Below, piece after piece: positions 12,751 to 27,050 of a DNA stretch of 64,000 nucleotides. A program made the translations under genes and the position numbers. Under the pieces are notes generated by a model, which worked only from the letters and a program-made list of their open reading frames with translations, was not told where the DNA came from and made no database searches. Origin of the DNA: Chiloscyllium plagiosum (lineage: Eukaryota); the NCBI RefSeq assembly GCF_004010195.1, contig NC_057718.1, positions 86,920,139-86,984,138 on the forward strand, in the 5' to 3' direction. Each line of letters starts with the position of its first letter. Position 1 is the first letter of the stretch.

Positions 12751-13891
12751 TGTAAAAACTATTTTTAATTTTTTTTTGTATTTTTGATTGTGGACTGAAT
12801 TGGGAAAAGGACTGTTTTAAAACTAGGAATTGTGAAAGGGATTGCAAATGAACTGGTGCAAGGAGTCATGTACATACTGCGTGTAATGAGTAGCTGGAGT
12901 TATGACTATTTGTCAATGACAAAAGCCATCTGCCTGCCAACAACTATATGATTGGCTTCTGGATGGCTGAACTGTGAACACGACTGCCAGAAAGTTTCAG
13001 TCCTTTGAAAGGAGAGGTTGCATATCTCTCTGCAGTAGCCTGAAGCCTGAGTAAAAAAAACCTTCTCTCCCCAGTTGCTGGATGCCATTGCTTTTAACCA
13101 ATTAGTCAGAGACTTTACAACTTGTGAACCAGTAAATCAGTGCTTACTGCAAGAATGTGAAGACAAGATTGATATTAACAAGTTGGCAAGCAAAAGGATC
13201 ATCTCAGCAAATTCTGTGGATAGGGGCCTTTGAACTGTCTTCCTACACCAGTAACACCATTTCATTTTGTCAGTCTAGGTCTGTACGTGCATCTGGGGGG
13301 AAGTTTATAAGAGGGTTAGAGTTTTAATCAGTACAGTTATAAGTTGGCAGTTCATAGTTGCTCACCTGTAGCTATAATCATAGAATCCCTACAGTATGGA
13401 AGCAGGCCAATCGGTCCATCGAGTCTACACCAACCCTCCAAAGAACTTCTCACCCAGACCCACTCTATCCCTGTAACCCTGCATTTCTCATGGCTAATCC
13501 ACCTAGCCTGCAAATCCCTGGGCACTATGGGTAATTTAGCATGGCCAATGCACCTAACCTGCACACCTTTGGACTGTGTGGAAGGAAACTGGAGCACCCC
13601 CAGAGGAAACCCACATGGACATGGGGAGAACTTGCAAACTCCACACAAATAGTTGCCCAAAGCGGGAATCAAACCCAGCTGCTTGGTGCTGTGAGGCAGC
13701 AGTGCTAACCAGTGAGCCACTATGCCACCATTTATTTGTAACATATAATAATTCTTTTTTAAGTAAAGAAACCTAATTTATTTTGTAACCTGGGTCTAAA
13801 AAGCCAGATAAATTGGAGAATTTTGCACACTTGAGTAAAATTTTTAACTTTTACGATGATCCCCAGTGCAGCATCCCAGTGGAGTGCAACA
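12751..13891 (+). mobile_element. Probable solo LTR (Gypsy-like) with an internal HE1 SINE
   Basis: TGT...ACA termini with 4-bp flanks gtgc/atgc. It interrupts a CR1 fragment. Confidence 0.55.
13378..13729 (-). mobile_element. Full-length HE1-type V-SINE
   Basis: The reverse complement starts ggtggcatagtggctcactggttagcactgctgcctcacagc and has the V-domain and tail. Confidence 0.88.
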
Positions 13892-14190
13892 ATGCTTGAT
13901 ATAACCTTAAACCATGATCTTTTACTTTCCACATAACTTTTGATGTGGTTCCTTATCGAATGCCTTCTGGAAATCTACATTCACTGGTTCCCCTCGATGC
14001 ATTTGTTATTTCTTCAAAGAACTCCAATAATGTGGTTAAACATGCATTCTCTTTCATAAAACCATGGTGACTCTGCCAGATTATCTTACATTTATTATTT
14101 TCTAATAAAATGGAACTTTACCTGAATCTAGGGAATTTTGGAAAATTAAAGTCAATGCATCAGCTATCTCACTAGCCACTTCTTTTAAGA

Positions 14191-14321
14191 TTCCTGATGA
14201 AGGGCTTATGCCCAAAACATCGATTCTCCTACTCCTTGGGTGCTGCCTGACCTGCTGTGCTTTTCCAGCACTACACTCTCGACTCTGAGCTCCAGCATCT
14301 GCAGTCCTCACTTTCTCCTGA
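14191..14321 (+). mobile_element. Mini-PLE pseudo-LTR starting at a hammerhead core
   Basis: ttcCTGATGAagggcttatgcccaaaacatc (decayed GAAACGTC). 11-bp TSD ttcttttaaga at 14180-14190 and 14322-14332. Confidence 0.8.
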
Positions 14322-14540
14322 TTCTTTTAAGACATAGGATAAAGTCCATCCACACCCACAACTTTATCAGCCCACAAGTCCAACAATTTGCTCAGTACCA
14401 CCTCCTTAGTGATTGTGATTTTCTCTAGTTCTTCTCTCCATTTCATTTCCTAATTTAGAGCTATTTCGTACTCAAAAGAAGGGCTGTGAAATTCTTTAGG
14501 AGTGTAACAAGTATATATAGGACTAGGATTTGATTTAATA

Positions 14541-14854
14541 TTAGATTAGATTAGATTAGATTCCCTACAGTGTGGAAACAGGCCATTTGTCCCAACCAGT
14601 CCACACCGGCCCTCCAAAGTATAACCGACCCAGACCCATTCCGCTACATTTATCCCTGACTAATGAATCTAACACTGGGCAATTTAGCATAGCCAATTCA
14701 CTTGACCTTCACATCTTTTGGATTGTGGGAGGAAACTGGAGCCCTGGAGGAAACCCACGCAGACACGGGGAGAATGTGCAAACTCTGCACAGACATTGGC
14801 CCAAGGTGGGAATCAAACCTGGGTCCCTGGCGCTGTGAGCCATCGTGCCACCCC
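14541..14854 (-). mobile_element. HE1-type V-SINE with (TCTAA)n tail
   Basis: ttaga tandem tail, V-domain and tRNA-like head on the minus strand. Confidence 0.85.
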
Positions 14855-16629
14855 ACTCTTTGACCTGTATCTATAGTGTTGCAATGAAAGACTTAATCCC
14901 ACCAGTACTATAACCTCGTGTTATAACAGACCTGAACTCAATGATACCACACCCATATTTATACAGCAAAAACTCACACTTCTATTGTGCTCAGTAAACC
15001 ACTTAGCTTCTCAGGAGCATGATCAGAAACAAAATTGACATCTACTACTCTATAGATACAGTAGTGGTGCTGGAGAATTGGCAAATTACAGAGGGTTTGA
15101 CCCTTGTTTACAAATCAAGATAAACCCAGTAAATACGGTCTTAGTCTTGGTAGTGTGAAAACAATTATCCAAAATTAACAGTTACTTGGAAAGGTGTAGG
15201 TTGATAGAGGAATGCCAGTGTGGACTGGTTAAGGGCTTATTTGTTTGAGCTTTTTGAATTCAGAGTGTTGATAACGTAATATGGTTGTGTGGTGTGTGTG
15301 AAGTTGTAATATGAAAGACGTGTTGGACATAGAAAAGCCCAGGGAATGAAGAGAGCAATGACAACATGGATTCAAAATGGTTGAGGGACAGAAAACATTG
15401 AGCAGCAATATTTGCAGATTATGGGAAAAGTAATAGTGGGGTTCCCCAGTTTTTTAAATCTACATTATATCTATTTATTAGGCACTGCCTAAGAGCATGG
15501 TGGAACCATTCTCAACCTTTCAGAAGAGAATTGATTACCTGAAGATAAAGCATTTGCAAGTCTAAGCATTTGCACAGAGTCTGCAAGGATAATGTGCCAG
15601 CATGGAAATATCTTAAAAATTTTAACAAGCATATGGGATCTTTGGCTTTATCAAGGTTCTACAGTGAAAAAGAAAGGAAATTATGTAAAGTGCTGTTTAA
15701 GCTTCAGTTGGAACACTGTGTTCTGTAGGCAAAAGTGAGGACTGCAGATGCTAAAGATTAGAGTCGAGAATGTGCTGCTGGATAAGCACAGCAGGTCAGG
15801 CAGTGTACGAGGAGCGGGAGAATTAACGTTTCGGGCAAAAGCCCCTCTATTCTGTGTTGGGTAATGAGCTTTAGGAAAGGTATGAAGGCTTTAGGGAGAG
15901 TGCAGAAGAAATACACCTTTAAAGGTACCAGAGATAAGGCATTTCATATTACAGGCCAACCGCCAGAAGCGCAGGTCCGGTTTCAGTTACTTGTGGTTTA
16001 CCGTAGCCTGAACATGGAAACATTACAGAACCAGGGACCGGGGCTGCCGGGGAGGTAAATTTCCCATTTAAATTAATGATTCACTACTATCCATGGTTTC
16101 AGGCTTCTGTGATGGGTTTTGGAACATATCCAGGGAGACTACTGTATGCGAAGATATTGGGCTGGATGTGATAAGACCATAAGACATAGGATAAAATGTC
16201 GATCATTTAGCCCATTGAGTCTGTTCCACTATTCAATGATATCAAATTATCCTTGGCTTGACTTTCCTTCCTTTTCCCCCCATAAGTCTTGATTCCCTCA
16301 TTGATTAAAATGGAGGCAGCTGAGGTCCCAGAGCTGAAAACAGCAGAAGACCCCCATATCAACCAGCATCACACCCCGGATAGACATCATCTGAGGTTGC
16401 CATCTTTATGGCAGCCTGTCCCCAAGCGCTGCCACCTCAATCAGCAGTGTCCCCGACATCACCATTAGTGAGGGCAGTGAGGCACCATTGCCACGCGTGA
16501 CTGCTCCATGGATGATGGAGTGCCCAAAAAAAGAGAGGACCTCACTCCACCATCTCTTTGGTAGGCAGCCTGATTTCACTGGGCAGTCTCCCCTCATAGC
16601 TGTTCCCTCTTTTGCTTACAGTTCTGGTC

Positions 16630-17100
16630 ACCATAAGACCAGAAGGATGTGGATGCTTTGGAGAGGGTACAGAAAAGGTTTACTAGGATAATGCCTGATC
16701 TGGAGGATTTTAGCTATGAGGAAATTTTGGATAAATTGGTTTTCACTGGAACGCAGGAGGCTAAGGAGTGAGCAGATAGAAGTTTTATAAGATTGTGAAT
16801 GGCAAGAATAGAGTGGAAAGTTTAAAGTTTTTTCCCAGGATGGGGACACAGATTCAAGGTGCGGAGTTGAAAGTTTAAAAAAGATGTGCAAGCAAGTTTT
16901 TCACACAAAGGGTGGTGAGTGCCTAGAACCTAGTGCCAGAGGAGGTTGTGGAAGCAGACACAAGTTTGACCAGGAAGGGAATAGAGGGATATGTATCCTG
17001 TAAGTGAAGGCAATTTTAGTATGGAAGGGCAAAATGTGTTGGCATTGGCTTGGAGGGCTGAAGGGCCTGTTCCTGTACTGTGTTTTTGGTGTTTGTTCTC
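16630..17100 (+). mobile_element. CR1 LINE 3' end
   Basis: aaggatgtggatgctttggagagggtacagaaaaggtttactagg (KDVDALERVQKRFTR) through to the tail gggctgaagggcctgttcctgtactg. Confidence 0.8.
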
Positions 17101-18453
17101 TCTCACCATCTATCATCCCTAACTTGGGCATGACACCATGGAAGATGGGAAATGGCCCTTAATTGACAACTTAATTGGCTCCATTGGGCTTGCACAGTGT
17201 AACCGATATGACAACTGTCCTACTGCTCGCAAAATCACATTTTGCCAGGAAGACTGGCTTGATTCTGAAGCTTTACCAAGCTATCTTCCCAGTCATCCCA
17301 ACTCCCAGGAGAGGCAGGAGGAACTGGGGTTGTTTTTCCTAAACTTCGCTAAAAGGAGATTTAACAGAGGTGTTTAAAATCGAGAAAGGCTTTGACAGTA
17401 AATAAGAAGTAACATTTCTGTTGCAGAAGGATCTGTAACCAGAGGACACGAATTTGAGGTTATTGGTTCCTTTGTCAAAGGCAGCTTGAGAGAACATTTT
17501 ATTGACACAACACGCTGTTGTGATCTGGGAAAACACTGCCTGACAGAGGGAGGAAGCAAACTGAAGGAAATTCTGATTAAAAACTTGAGGACAAAATAAA
17601 TGGCATGTTTTCTGCAGGCAGAAGACACTTAATGATGGAGAAGATGAAACAGTTTTTATTGATATCTCAAATAGATGGTTGGCTGAACTAAGTTCAGAGT
17701 GTGGCTTCCATTCTCCAGTTTGATCTTTTGAGCCCTCTGTAGATTTGTTGAAAGTAGCTCCTTTTATACGCTGTATTTTACCCACATCAAAGGTATTTTT
17801 CACAGTTAAAATCTCACAAATCTGATTTAGGAACAGTTTGTTCATGTAAATAGTTCTGAATGTTTACTTCAAAGCTACTTCTCCCAAATAAGATTTTCTG
17901 AATTAACTGTGTTTCAATCCTATAAGTCATGGTGTTATTAATCAATAACGTTCTGCACTATGGTTGAGATATGCCCCTACCTTATGTCTATTATACTAAA
18001 TGCTGTTCAAATCACCTACCTCCTCATACAGGCATTTCTTACAGAAAATATTCAGATGTTTGGAACAGAAATTAACACCATGAGAAGAATGCATACATTT
18101 TGAAGCCAATGTAAGGAAATATGACTTTTAGCATTTTAACCCTGATAATGGCGAACAATTCAAGGTACATTATCACCTTCTCAGGGCAGCTAGGAAGGAC
18201 AGGTCACACCTAATTAGTGTTATTTACATCTCAAATATAATGGTGTAGATGCGTTTAAAGAGGTACTAAATACGTAAGTGAGAGAGATGTTGCTAAAAAG
18301 CAAAATAGGTTGGGAAGAGAGTCACGTGGGTTGTGAAAATGGACCCAGCCTGTCTCTGTGCTGCGTGTTCTTAGTTTTAAAGGGAAAAAGTAAAACTTGT
18401 TGTTTATGAAATTGATTGCATTCACTTTGGGGGTAATTTTTTGGCTGCTGCAG

Positions 18454-18734
18454 GTCAAGAACGATTTGGCAACATGACGAGAGTGTATTATAAAGAAGCT
18501 GTTGGAGCTTTTGTAGTCTTCGATGTATCCAGACACTCAACATTTGACGCAGTTCTGAAGTGGAAGAGTGACTTGGACAGTAAAGTGAAGTTGCCCAATG
18601 GGAAGCCAATCCCTGCTGTGCTCTTGGCAAACAAATGTGATCAGCAATGGGATGGTTTGGACAATAGCCCAGCGACGATGGATCGCTACTGCAAGGACAA
18701 TGGTTTCATAGCGTGGTATGAAACCTCAGCGAAG
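18454..18734 (+). CDS. RAB32: RAB32 coding exon 2
   Basis: Acceptor ctgcag| at 18453, phase-compatible with exon 1. Encodes (G)QERFGNMTRVYYKEAVGAFVVFD...LLANKCD...WYETSAK (G4 NKCD, G5 ETSAK). Donor AAG|GTTAGT at 18735, phase 0. Confidence 0.97.
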
Positions 18735-18839
18735 GTTAGTGACAATGTAACCATCTGCTTGGGGTACTGCAGCAAGGTAGTTCTCTAGTCAACTCACAGT
18801 TACAACATATTTTGGCTTACTGGCCAGGTGTCTGCAGTA

Positions 18840-19060
18840 GCTTAAGGTTGTGGGTTATGTCAAGAGACTTGACACTCCCAATGAAGTACAGCATTCCCCA
18901 GTACTATCAGAGGTGATGTTTTACAGTTAAATTGAGAACCTGTCTACTTTCTCCAAAGTGGTTGTAAAGGACCCAAAGGCAATATTTTGAAGAATAACAG
19001 GAATTAGCTAAAATTTAACCCACAACTAATACAAAAACACACGATCTGGTCAATCAGCAA
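18840..19060 (+). mobile_element. Degenerate Deu-domain SINE (SacSINE1/AmnSINE1-like)
   Basis: gtggttgtaaaggacccaaaggcaatattttgaagaataacagg...gatctggtca resembles the Deu-domain core. Confidence 0.55.
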
Positions 19061-19344
19061 CAGAGGTATGCCCTTCAGTCTGAGTGACTGATGTACCAGC
19101 AATGATCATTGACTTCCTGGTGGTGCCACTGATCAATGAAGGATTGCTAACATATGAATGACTCGAAGCTCTTGCTTGTCAGGACTTCAGTGTCCAGGGA
19201 TCTTTGATCCCAGGGAAGATGTGTCACATTAAGTGTGTCATCTAGCTGTGCAATGGTGGGTCTTGCTCTATAAAGGTGACATGGGGCTCTAGTTTTTCAG
19301 CTAGAAGGCAGGCCCTTCACCTTCACTAAATACTACCAGGTGAC

Positions 19345-20035
19345 ATAGAACATAGAACAGTACAGGCCCTTCGGCCCTCGATGTTGCGCCGATCCAAGCC
19401 CACCTAACCTACACTAGCCCACTATCCTCCATATGCCTATCCAATGCCCGCTTAAATGCCCATAATGAGGGAGAGTCCACCACTGCTACTGGCAGGGCAT
19501 TCCATGAACTCACGACTCGCTGAGTAAAGAACCTACCCCTAACATCTGTCCTATACCTACCCCCCCCCCCTTAATTTAAAGCTATGCCCCCTTGTAATAG
19601 CTGACTCCATACGTGGAAAAAGATTCTCACTGTCGACCCTAACTAAACCCCTAATCATCTTATACACCTCTATCAAGTCACCCCTAAACCTTCTTTTCTC
19701 CAATGAAAACAACCCCAAGTGCCTCAGCCTTTCCTCATACGACCTTTCTACCATACCAGGCAACATCCTGGTAAACCTCCTCTGCACCCGTTCCAGTGCC
19801 TCCACATCCTTCCTATAGTATGGCGACCAAAACTGCACACAATACTCCAGATGCGGCCGCACCAGAGTCTTATACAACTGCAACATGACCTCAGTACTCC
19901 GGAACTCAATTCCTCTACCAATAAAAGCCAGTACGCCATATGCCTTCTTCACCGCACTATTTACCTGGGTGGCAACTTTCAAAGATTTGTGTACATGGAC
20001 ACCAAGATCCCTCTGCTCATCCACACTACCAAGTA
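19345..20035 (-). mobile_element. Young 5'-truncated CR1/HER1 LINE
   Basis: Uninterrupted ORF 19557-20024(-): RDLGVHVHKSLKV...LYKTLVRPHLEYCVQFWSP...LERVQRRFTRMLPG...RGDLIEVYK. Tail is (ttctatg)n. Confidence 0.93.
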
Positions 20036-20814
20036 TAAACTTCCATTCTTTTATTCACGTGGGATTAGGTCAGGAGTTCCATATGAACATAACTTAATCT
20101 GCTCCAGATTTCATAAACACAGAAGCCTTGCATCAAAAATGACACAAATTTTTCATTTATAGGAGACATTTGCTCCCACTATCAGTTCTTCTAGACAGTT
20201 TTGACTGTTGTACCATAACATCATGTTGCCTGTCAGTGTTGACACAATGAGCCAAATGGCCTCCTTCAGCACCATAATGCTCTGAGACCTCTTGTTCAGC
20301 TGGAAAACCCATTGTCACTCACAATGCAATTTCACAGTCTGTCTGAACTCTTAGTCTCTGAAAACATCTCCTTGTGTCTTCTGGAGGAGATGTGTGTCTT
20401 CATGTGTTTTTCTGGTCTCCCCCAGCTGCAGCAGAAAGCCAGTCATAACTTTGTACCTCAATCAGCTTCCACCTGTTTCTTCTCTATAGCATAGCGTATC
20501 TAGGTCATGTGGACGCAAAAGGGGTTTGCCAAGAATCCAGCAACTCCCTGCCCAGCTATCTGTTTCATTTTAGGTTAAAGGGGCATTTCAAAATGAAAGC
20601 TTCTTGCAAAGGTTATTATTCATGACACTTAATATCTTGAAAACCTCAATCAAATCAATTCTTAAATTTCTAAATTCAAAGGATTGCAATGCTAATTTGT
20701 TTAAGCTCTCCTTGTAGCTTAACCCTTCTATGCCAGGCATCATGCTAGTAAATCTGCATTGTTCTCCCTCCCAAGGCTAATATTGTTGCCCTGAGGTTTA
20801 GTGCGCAGAATTGT

Positions 20815-22575
20815 TTGCAGATCTACAGATGCGAGTCAGTCAGGGCAGGCAGGAACAAGGCAGAGAACAAGGTAGGACTGATCAGTTGAACTGCATTTAT
20901 TTCAATGCAAGATGCTTGACAGGGAAGGCAGATGAATGCAGGGCATGGTTAGATACATTAGACTGGGATATCATAGCAATTACAGAGATGTGGCTCAGAG
21001 ATGGACAGGACTGGCAGCTTAATGTTCCAGGATACAAATGCAATAGGAAGGATAGAAAGGGGGGCAAGAGAGGAGGGGGGAGTGGCATTTTTGATAAGGG
21101 AAAGGATTAAGGCTGTACTTAGGGAGGATATTCCTGGGAATACACCCAGAGAAGTTATTTGGACTGAGAAATAAGAAAGGGATGATCACCTTACTGGGAT
21201 TGTATTAAAGACTCCCCAATAGTCAGCAGGAAATTGAGAAAAAAAATAGTAAGCAAATCTCAGTTATCTATAAGAATAATAGGGTGGTTATGGTAGGGTA
21301 TTTTAACTTTCTAAACATAGATTGGGACTGCCATAGTATTAAGGGTTTAGATGAAAAGGAATTTGTGAAGTGTCGACAAGAAAGTGTTCTGATTCAGTGT
21401 GTGGATGTGCTGACTAGAGAAGGTGCAAAACTTGACCTACTGTTGGGAAATGCGGCAGGACAGGTGACTGAGATGTCAGTGGGGGTGCACTTTGGGGACC
21501 AGCGAGCACAATTTGATGAGTTTTAAAATAGTCATGGAAAAGGATTGAGTGGATCTAAAAGTTGAATTTCTAAGTTGGAGGAAGGCCAATTTTGACAGTT
21601 TTAGGCAAGAACTGTCAAAAACTGATTGAGGGTAGATGTTCGCAGGTAAAGGGACGGCTGGAAAATGGGAAGCCTTCAAAAATGAGAAAACCAGAGTTCA
21701 GAGACAGTATAATCCTGTTTTGTTTAAGAAAAGAAGGAAGTATATGTAAGGTATAGACAGCAGAGATCACGTGAATCCTTACAAGAGTACAAAGGCAGTA
21801 GGACTATACTTAAGAGGGAAGTTAGAAGGGCAAAATGGGGGCATGAGATAGTTTTGGCAAATAGGATTAAGGAGAATCCAAAGGGATTTTATAAATACGT
21901 TAAGTACAAAAGGGTAACAAAGAAGAGTATATGGCCCCGCAGGCAATGGGGGAGATACTAAACAAATATTTTGCATCAGTGTTTACTATGAAGAAGGACA
22001 TGGAAGATATAGAATGTGGGGAAATAGATGGTGACATCTTGAAAAATGTCCATATTACAGAGGAGGTGGTGCTGGATGTCTTAAAATGCTTAAAGGTGGA
22101 TAAATCCACAGGATCTGATCAGGTGTACCTTAGAACTCTGTGGGACGCTAGGGAACTGATTGCTGGGCCCTAGTCATCATTAGTCACAGGTAAGGTGCTG
22201 GAAGACTGGAGGTTGGCCACCGTGGTGCCACTATTTAAGAAAGGTGATAAAGAAAAGCCAGGGAATTATAGACCGGTGAGCCAGACATCGGTGGTGGGCA
22301 AGTTGCTGGAGGGAATCCTGAGGGACAGGATTTACATATATTTGGAAAGGCAAGGACTAATTAGGGATAGTCAACATGGCTTTGTGCGTTGGAAATCATG
22401 TCTCAGCAACTTGATTGAGTTTTTTGAAGAAGTAACAAAGAGGGTTGATGAGGACAGAGTAGTGGATGTGATCGATATGGACTTCAGTAAGGTGTTCAAC
22501 AGGGTTCCTCATGGTAGACTGGTTAGCAAGGTTAGATCTCATGGAATAAGGGAGAATTAGCCATTTGGATACTGA
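20815..22575 (+). mobile_element. Frameshifted CR1 ORF2 fragment (APE endonuclease plus N-terminal RT)
   Basis: ORF pieces LNCIYFNARCL...DIIAITEMWL...LNVPGY, VMVGYFN..IDW...LDLLLGN, and PGNYRPVS...QHGF...SCLSNLIEFFEEV...DFSKVFNRVPHGRL. Confidence 0.92.
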
Positions 22576-25500
22576 TACATCTTATTATGTAAGTTGTCTA
22601 AAAGATTAGTCAAAAAGAACGATTGTGAGGAGTGTCTTCAAGAAAGAAAGCTAGGTCGAAACAGGGAACTGTGGAGAGGGTATTTCAGAGCTTCGGACTT
22701 AACCAACTGAAGCCCTAGTTTTCCATGGTGGTGCAAATAAAATTGGGATACACAAAAGCCCAGAATTGAGGGGAATCTCAGAGGTTTATATAAGAATTAA
22801 CTGTTACCATTTTTTGATCTGAAGTGTTTACACTCCTTACAATACCAACTATTTTTATGTCATTCACAAATTTGACATTCTGTTTGATCATTTAAGTAAT
22901 TAATAAATGTGGTGAAAAGTTAAGGAGCCAGTGCAGATCCTTACAAGATACCAATAAGTTTACCTGTCCACAATCAATATTTCCTTGCTTCCTGCTGTTC
23001 AGTCACTTCTTAACCCAGTCACTAATTTGCCTCCAATTCTGTCACCTTCAAGCTATAACCAACCCATCCCTTATGAGGGAATTTTTCAAATACCTGCTCA
23101 GGCCCATTCTGTAGATAACACTATCCAGAAATTCAGACACTTCTTCAAAGTAATTAAGCTTTGTCAAACGTGACCTACTTTCTACAAATCCATTCTGGTT
23201 CTCAGCTCAGCTGAATTTTTTTCAAGTGATCAGTCATCCTTTTTTTTCATAGAATCTAGCAAATGTCAAAAAGCTCATGTTAAACTAATTTATAATTCTA
23301 TTATTTTCTCAAGTAGTGGAGTAGTTTACACAATATTTCAATCTGAAAAACCTTTCCTGAATTAGGAGAATGTTGGAAATTTGTAGTGAAGGCACCTGTA
23401 ATTTAATGTTTCCATTACTGTTAGCTTGCTTATATTAACTTTGAGTCCCTGTCCTTGATTTAGTAACAATGCCCTTGGCAAATTTGACATCCTGACCTCT
23501 TCCTGTACTGTAAATACTAACACAAGTAATTATTCAGCTATTTCCTTATTTTCATTGACAACATCACCAATATTAGTTTTCAAGGAACCACGTAGCTCCT
23601 GACTATTTTTTTTAGTCAAAATGTAATTGGATTTCTCTGTATTGATTTCCTTCGCAAGTTCTTTTCAGAATTTTTGTAGCTCGCTTTGTCAGCTCTTGCT
23701 GTTTATATTCTTCCCATCCACCTATATCTATTTTTTATTGCACCTTTGTATGCTTTTACTTTCAGCTCTATGTTGTCTTTTTTTCTTTTTTATCTATGGC
23801 TCTTTGTTTTTGATAAGTATAACTCTTGTTTAAAGGTGCACAGAAAAAGTGGATTGGCTATAGATTAACCCTGGAAATGCAGGGTTACAAGAGTAGGGTC
23901 GGGGCATGGGTCTGGGTGGGATGCTGCTCGGAGGGTCAGTGTGGACTCACTGGGTAAGGGGCTTGTTTTCACACTGCAGGGTTTCTAGCTCTTAATGGGT
24001 ATAACGCGTTCTTTGACACACCAGCTTTGTTTTTGAATACCTTCCACTGATCCATTTTGTCCTCTAACAGATTTGCCCAGTCTGCTGTGCTAATTTCTGA
24101 CCCTTTGAAGTTAGCCTCTCCTAAACCTAAAATTTTCATAAATGCTTCATATGTCTCCCTTTCAAACTCTGTGTTGAACTCAGTTAGGTGGTGATCACTG
24201 TTAAAGAACAGCTAAGATTATAAACTAAATCTTGTTTGACAAATATACGGTGGCCTTCCTTCTTGGTAGTTCTAGTTGTTTTTGATGGTGTAGAAATAGT
24301 ATTGTGGTCCAAAAGGCCTGGGTTCAAGAGCCACCTGCTCCAGATGCACATCATGATATGTCTGAACAGTTTGTATTAAAAATATCTCTAATTGTTTCAG
24401 AAAACTATTCTGGATATACTCGATATTTAAAACCTTTCAAAGATCATAAGAAGTAGGAAACAGGAGCGGGCCTTTCAACCTCGACGTGATTGTGGCCTCA
24501 ACTCCTGTTCCTGGCTTTCCCCATAATCCTTGACTCTATTGTTGATGAAAAATCTGCTTAATGTGACCTAGACTGTGTCCAATGATCCTGCATAACAATG
24601 ATCAGACAGAAGAAATGCCTCCACATCTCTGCTTTGGTTGAGAGACCTCTTATTTTAAACTCTGCTTAGATTCACCATGAGGGAAACATCTCCACATCAT
24701 TCACCTCTCAGCAGACAAGGCAGTACTAAGGGGTGTTTCTACTTATACTTTCTGAAAACAACTGACTCAGGCTCCAAAATACAAATTAAATCAATCATGA
24801 TTTAATTGGCTGCAACTTCCCTTGAAGCTTGTATACTCTTATTTAAGGCTGCAATGTAACTTTATAATGTTATGTTCTGTTAATTGCCAAATTAATGGAA
24901 AAACTAAATTTTATTTTAGAAACTTAGCCCTTAAGACCCTAACATTCACCAGTTCTCCTCCATCCACTCTGCTCGATATATCCTCAAATAGCTCGAATTT
25001 TGTTTAAGCACTGTTTCCCTCTCACAAAACTGTTGACTCTGCCAGGTTCTATTATGATTTTCTAAGTATCCTGTTACTACCTCCTTAGTAATAAACTCTT
25101 GCATTTTCCAGGTGTTAGATTAACTGGCCCAAATTTTCCTGCTTTCAATCTTCATCCTTTTCTTGTAGCTTTCCAATCCCTTTTCCAGATCTCTTAAGAC
25201 CCTAGGATGCAGACCATTGGATCCAGAGTATTTGTCAACCTGTGTGGCTCTTCAGTTTTCCCAGTGCATAGTCCTGATCTTGATTGTTGGAAGTTTCTCC
25301 CTTCCTTTTGGCTCTTACTTTTTTATTATTCTTAGGATTTTTTTTACCTTTTCCTTTAAAAACTGATACAAAATACCTATCTAAAGTTACTTTTTTTTCT
25401 CTTTATTATTTCCCCAGAGTCGTCTTCTAAGGAACCAATGCTTTCTTTAGCTGCTCTCCTCCCTTATATAGAGGAGGTGATAAAAACAGATACGATAGCA

Positions 25501-25857
25501 ATGTTCAAGAGACATATAGACAGACGCATGAAAAGGCAGGGAAAAGAGGGATATGAACCATGTGCTGGCAGATCGCATTAGTTTATAATGTATCATTGAG
25601 TCAGTGCAGACATAGTGGGCCAAAGGGCCTCTTTCTGTACTGTTCTGCTCTCTGTTCTATGTGTTTCTTGGAGGTTTTACAGTCTGTTTTATATTCTCTT
25701 GTTCTAATTTCTCTTTCTTTATTATTTCTTTGTTCATTCTTTGCTGGTTCCTCTGCTTGTCTCCAGTTCATTAATAGGCTTCAATGCCCTTCGCCTTAAT
25801 ACAACTTTGGAATTACTTATTATGTAAATGAATGCTGCTGCAATTCTTTTGCACCTT

Positions 25858-26629
25858 CTGGATGTGAAGTTTGCTCACTAAGCTGGAAGGTTCGTTTTCA
25901 GATGTTTCATCACCATACTAGGTAACATGATCAGTGAGCCTCCTGTGAAGCATTAGTGTTAGTGACCCGCTTTCTATTTATGTGTTTGTTTTCATGGATC
26001 TGTGACGTCATTTCCTGTGGTGATGTCATTTTCTGTTCCTTTATGTTCATGTATCTTGGTGGCTAGTTTTCTACCGAAGTTTGTAAATGACATTAGTTTT
26101 GCTTGTTGTCTGTATAGGACTTTCAAGTTAATTAACTGCTGTTTTACAGAATACCTTGCAAGAACTGTAACAAACACTACATTGGACAAACAGGCAGAAA
26201 ATTAGCCACCAGCATACATGAACATCAACTAGCCACAAAAAGACATGGCCCACTCTCATTAGTATCTTTAAATATAGATGAGGAAAGACACCACTTCGAC
26301 TGGGGCAACACATCTATCCTAGGGCAAGCCAAACAGAGACATGCACATGAAATCCTAGAAGCATGGCATTCTACTGGAACTCTATCAACAAACACATTGA
26401 CTTGGATCCCAATTACCACCCCCTGAGAAAAAGAACAGGAAATGATGTCACCAACCCAAGAAAACCTAAACACATAAATAGAGAGTGGGTCACGAACACC
26501 AGTGCTTCACCGAAGGCTCACTGATGATGATACCTCGTATGGTGATGAAACGTCTGAAAACGAACCTTCCAGTTCAGCGAGCAAACTTATATCCAGAACC
26601 TCAACCTGAGCTACAAATCTTCTCAAACC
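25858..26629 (+). mobile_element. Penelope-like element 3' part with inverted 5' pseudo-LTR
   Basis: GIY-YIG remnant (YIGQTGRKLATSIHEHQLATKRH...EAWH). Hammerhead core at 26518-26557. 13-bp TSD tcttttgcacctt at 25845-25857 and 26630-26642. Confidence 0.88.
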
Positions 26630-26699
26630 TCTTTTGCACCTTTTTAATATAATGTTTCCAAGTAATTTATTTCCGTTAAGAACAGAGGAGAAGCTATAG

Positions 26700-27050
26700 T
26701 TTTTTAATATTCACTCATGGCATGTTGGTGTCACTGGCATTTATCATCCATCCCTAACTGCCCAGAGGGTAGTGAAGAGTTAACTACGTTGTTGTGGATC
26801 TGGAGTTGCATGTAATCCAGACCAGGTCAGGATAGCAGTGTTTCTCACCTAATAAACCAGGTGGATGTTTGTAACAATTGACAATGGTTACATGATCAAC
26901 ATTAAACTAGTTTTTTAAATTGAATTCAGTAATTTATTTGAAGTCCGATTTCATCATCTGTCATGGTGGGAGTCAAACCCCTATTCCAAGAATATTAGCC
27001 TGGAGTTTTAGTGCAGTGACATTACTACTACCCTATCACCTCCCCACCTT
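26700..27050 (-). mobile_element. tRNA-headed bipartite SINE sharing both ends with a LINE
   Basis: The head matches 61608-62080 and the tail matches the LINE 3' end at 49640-49725. Confidence 0.7.

Larger units (their letters stand above)
12340..14450 (-). mobile_element. Old CR1 RT fragment split by a solo LTR and a mini-PLE
   Basis: ORF 12474-12674(-) TGVSQGLVLGPQLFPIYVNQLDEG...KLVVDT is a degenerate GVPQGSVLGP...FADD. The reading frame resumes after 13895. Confidence 0.75.

Noticed and set aside
15950..16146. Possible Tigger-like MITE (tacag...ctactgta)
   Set aside because: The terminal inverted repeats are too degenerate to support the call.
17339..17845. 168-aa minus-strand ORF
   Set aside because: Overlaps an old CR1 3' fragment in antisense, with no recognisable domain or splice structure.
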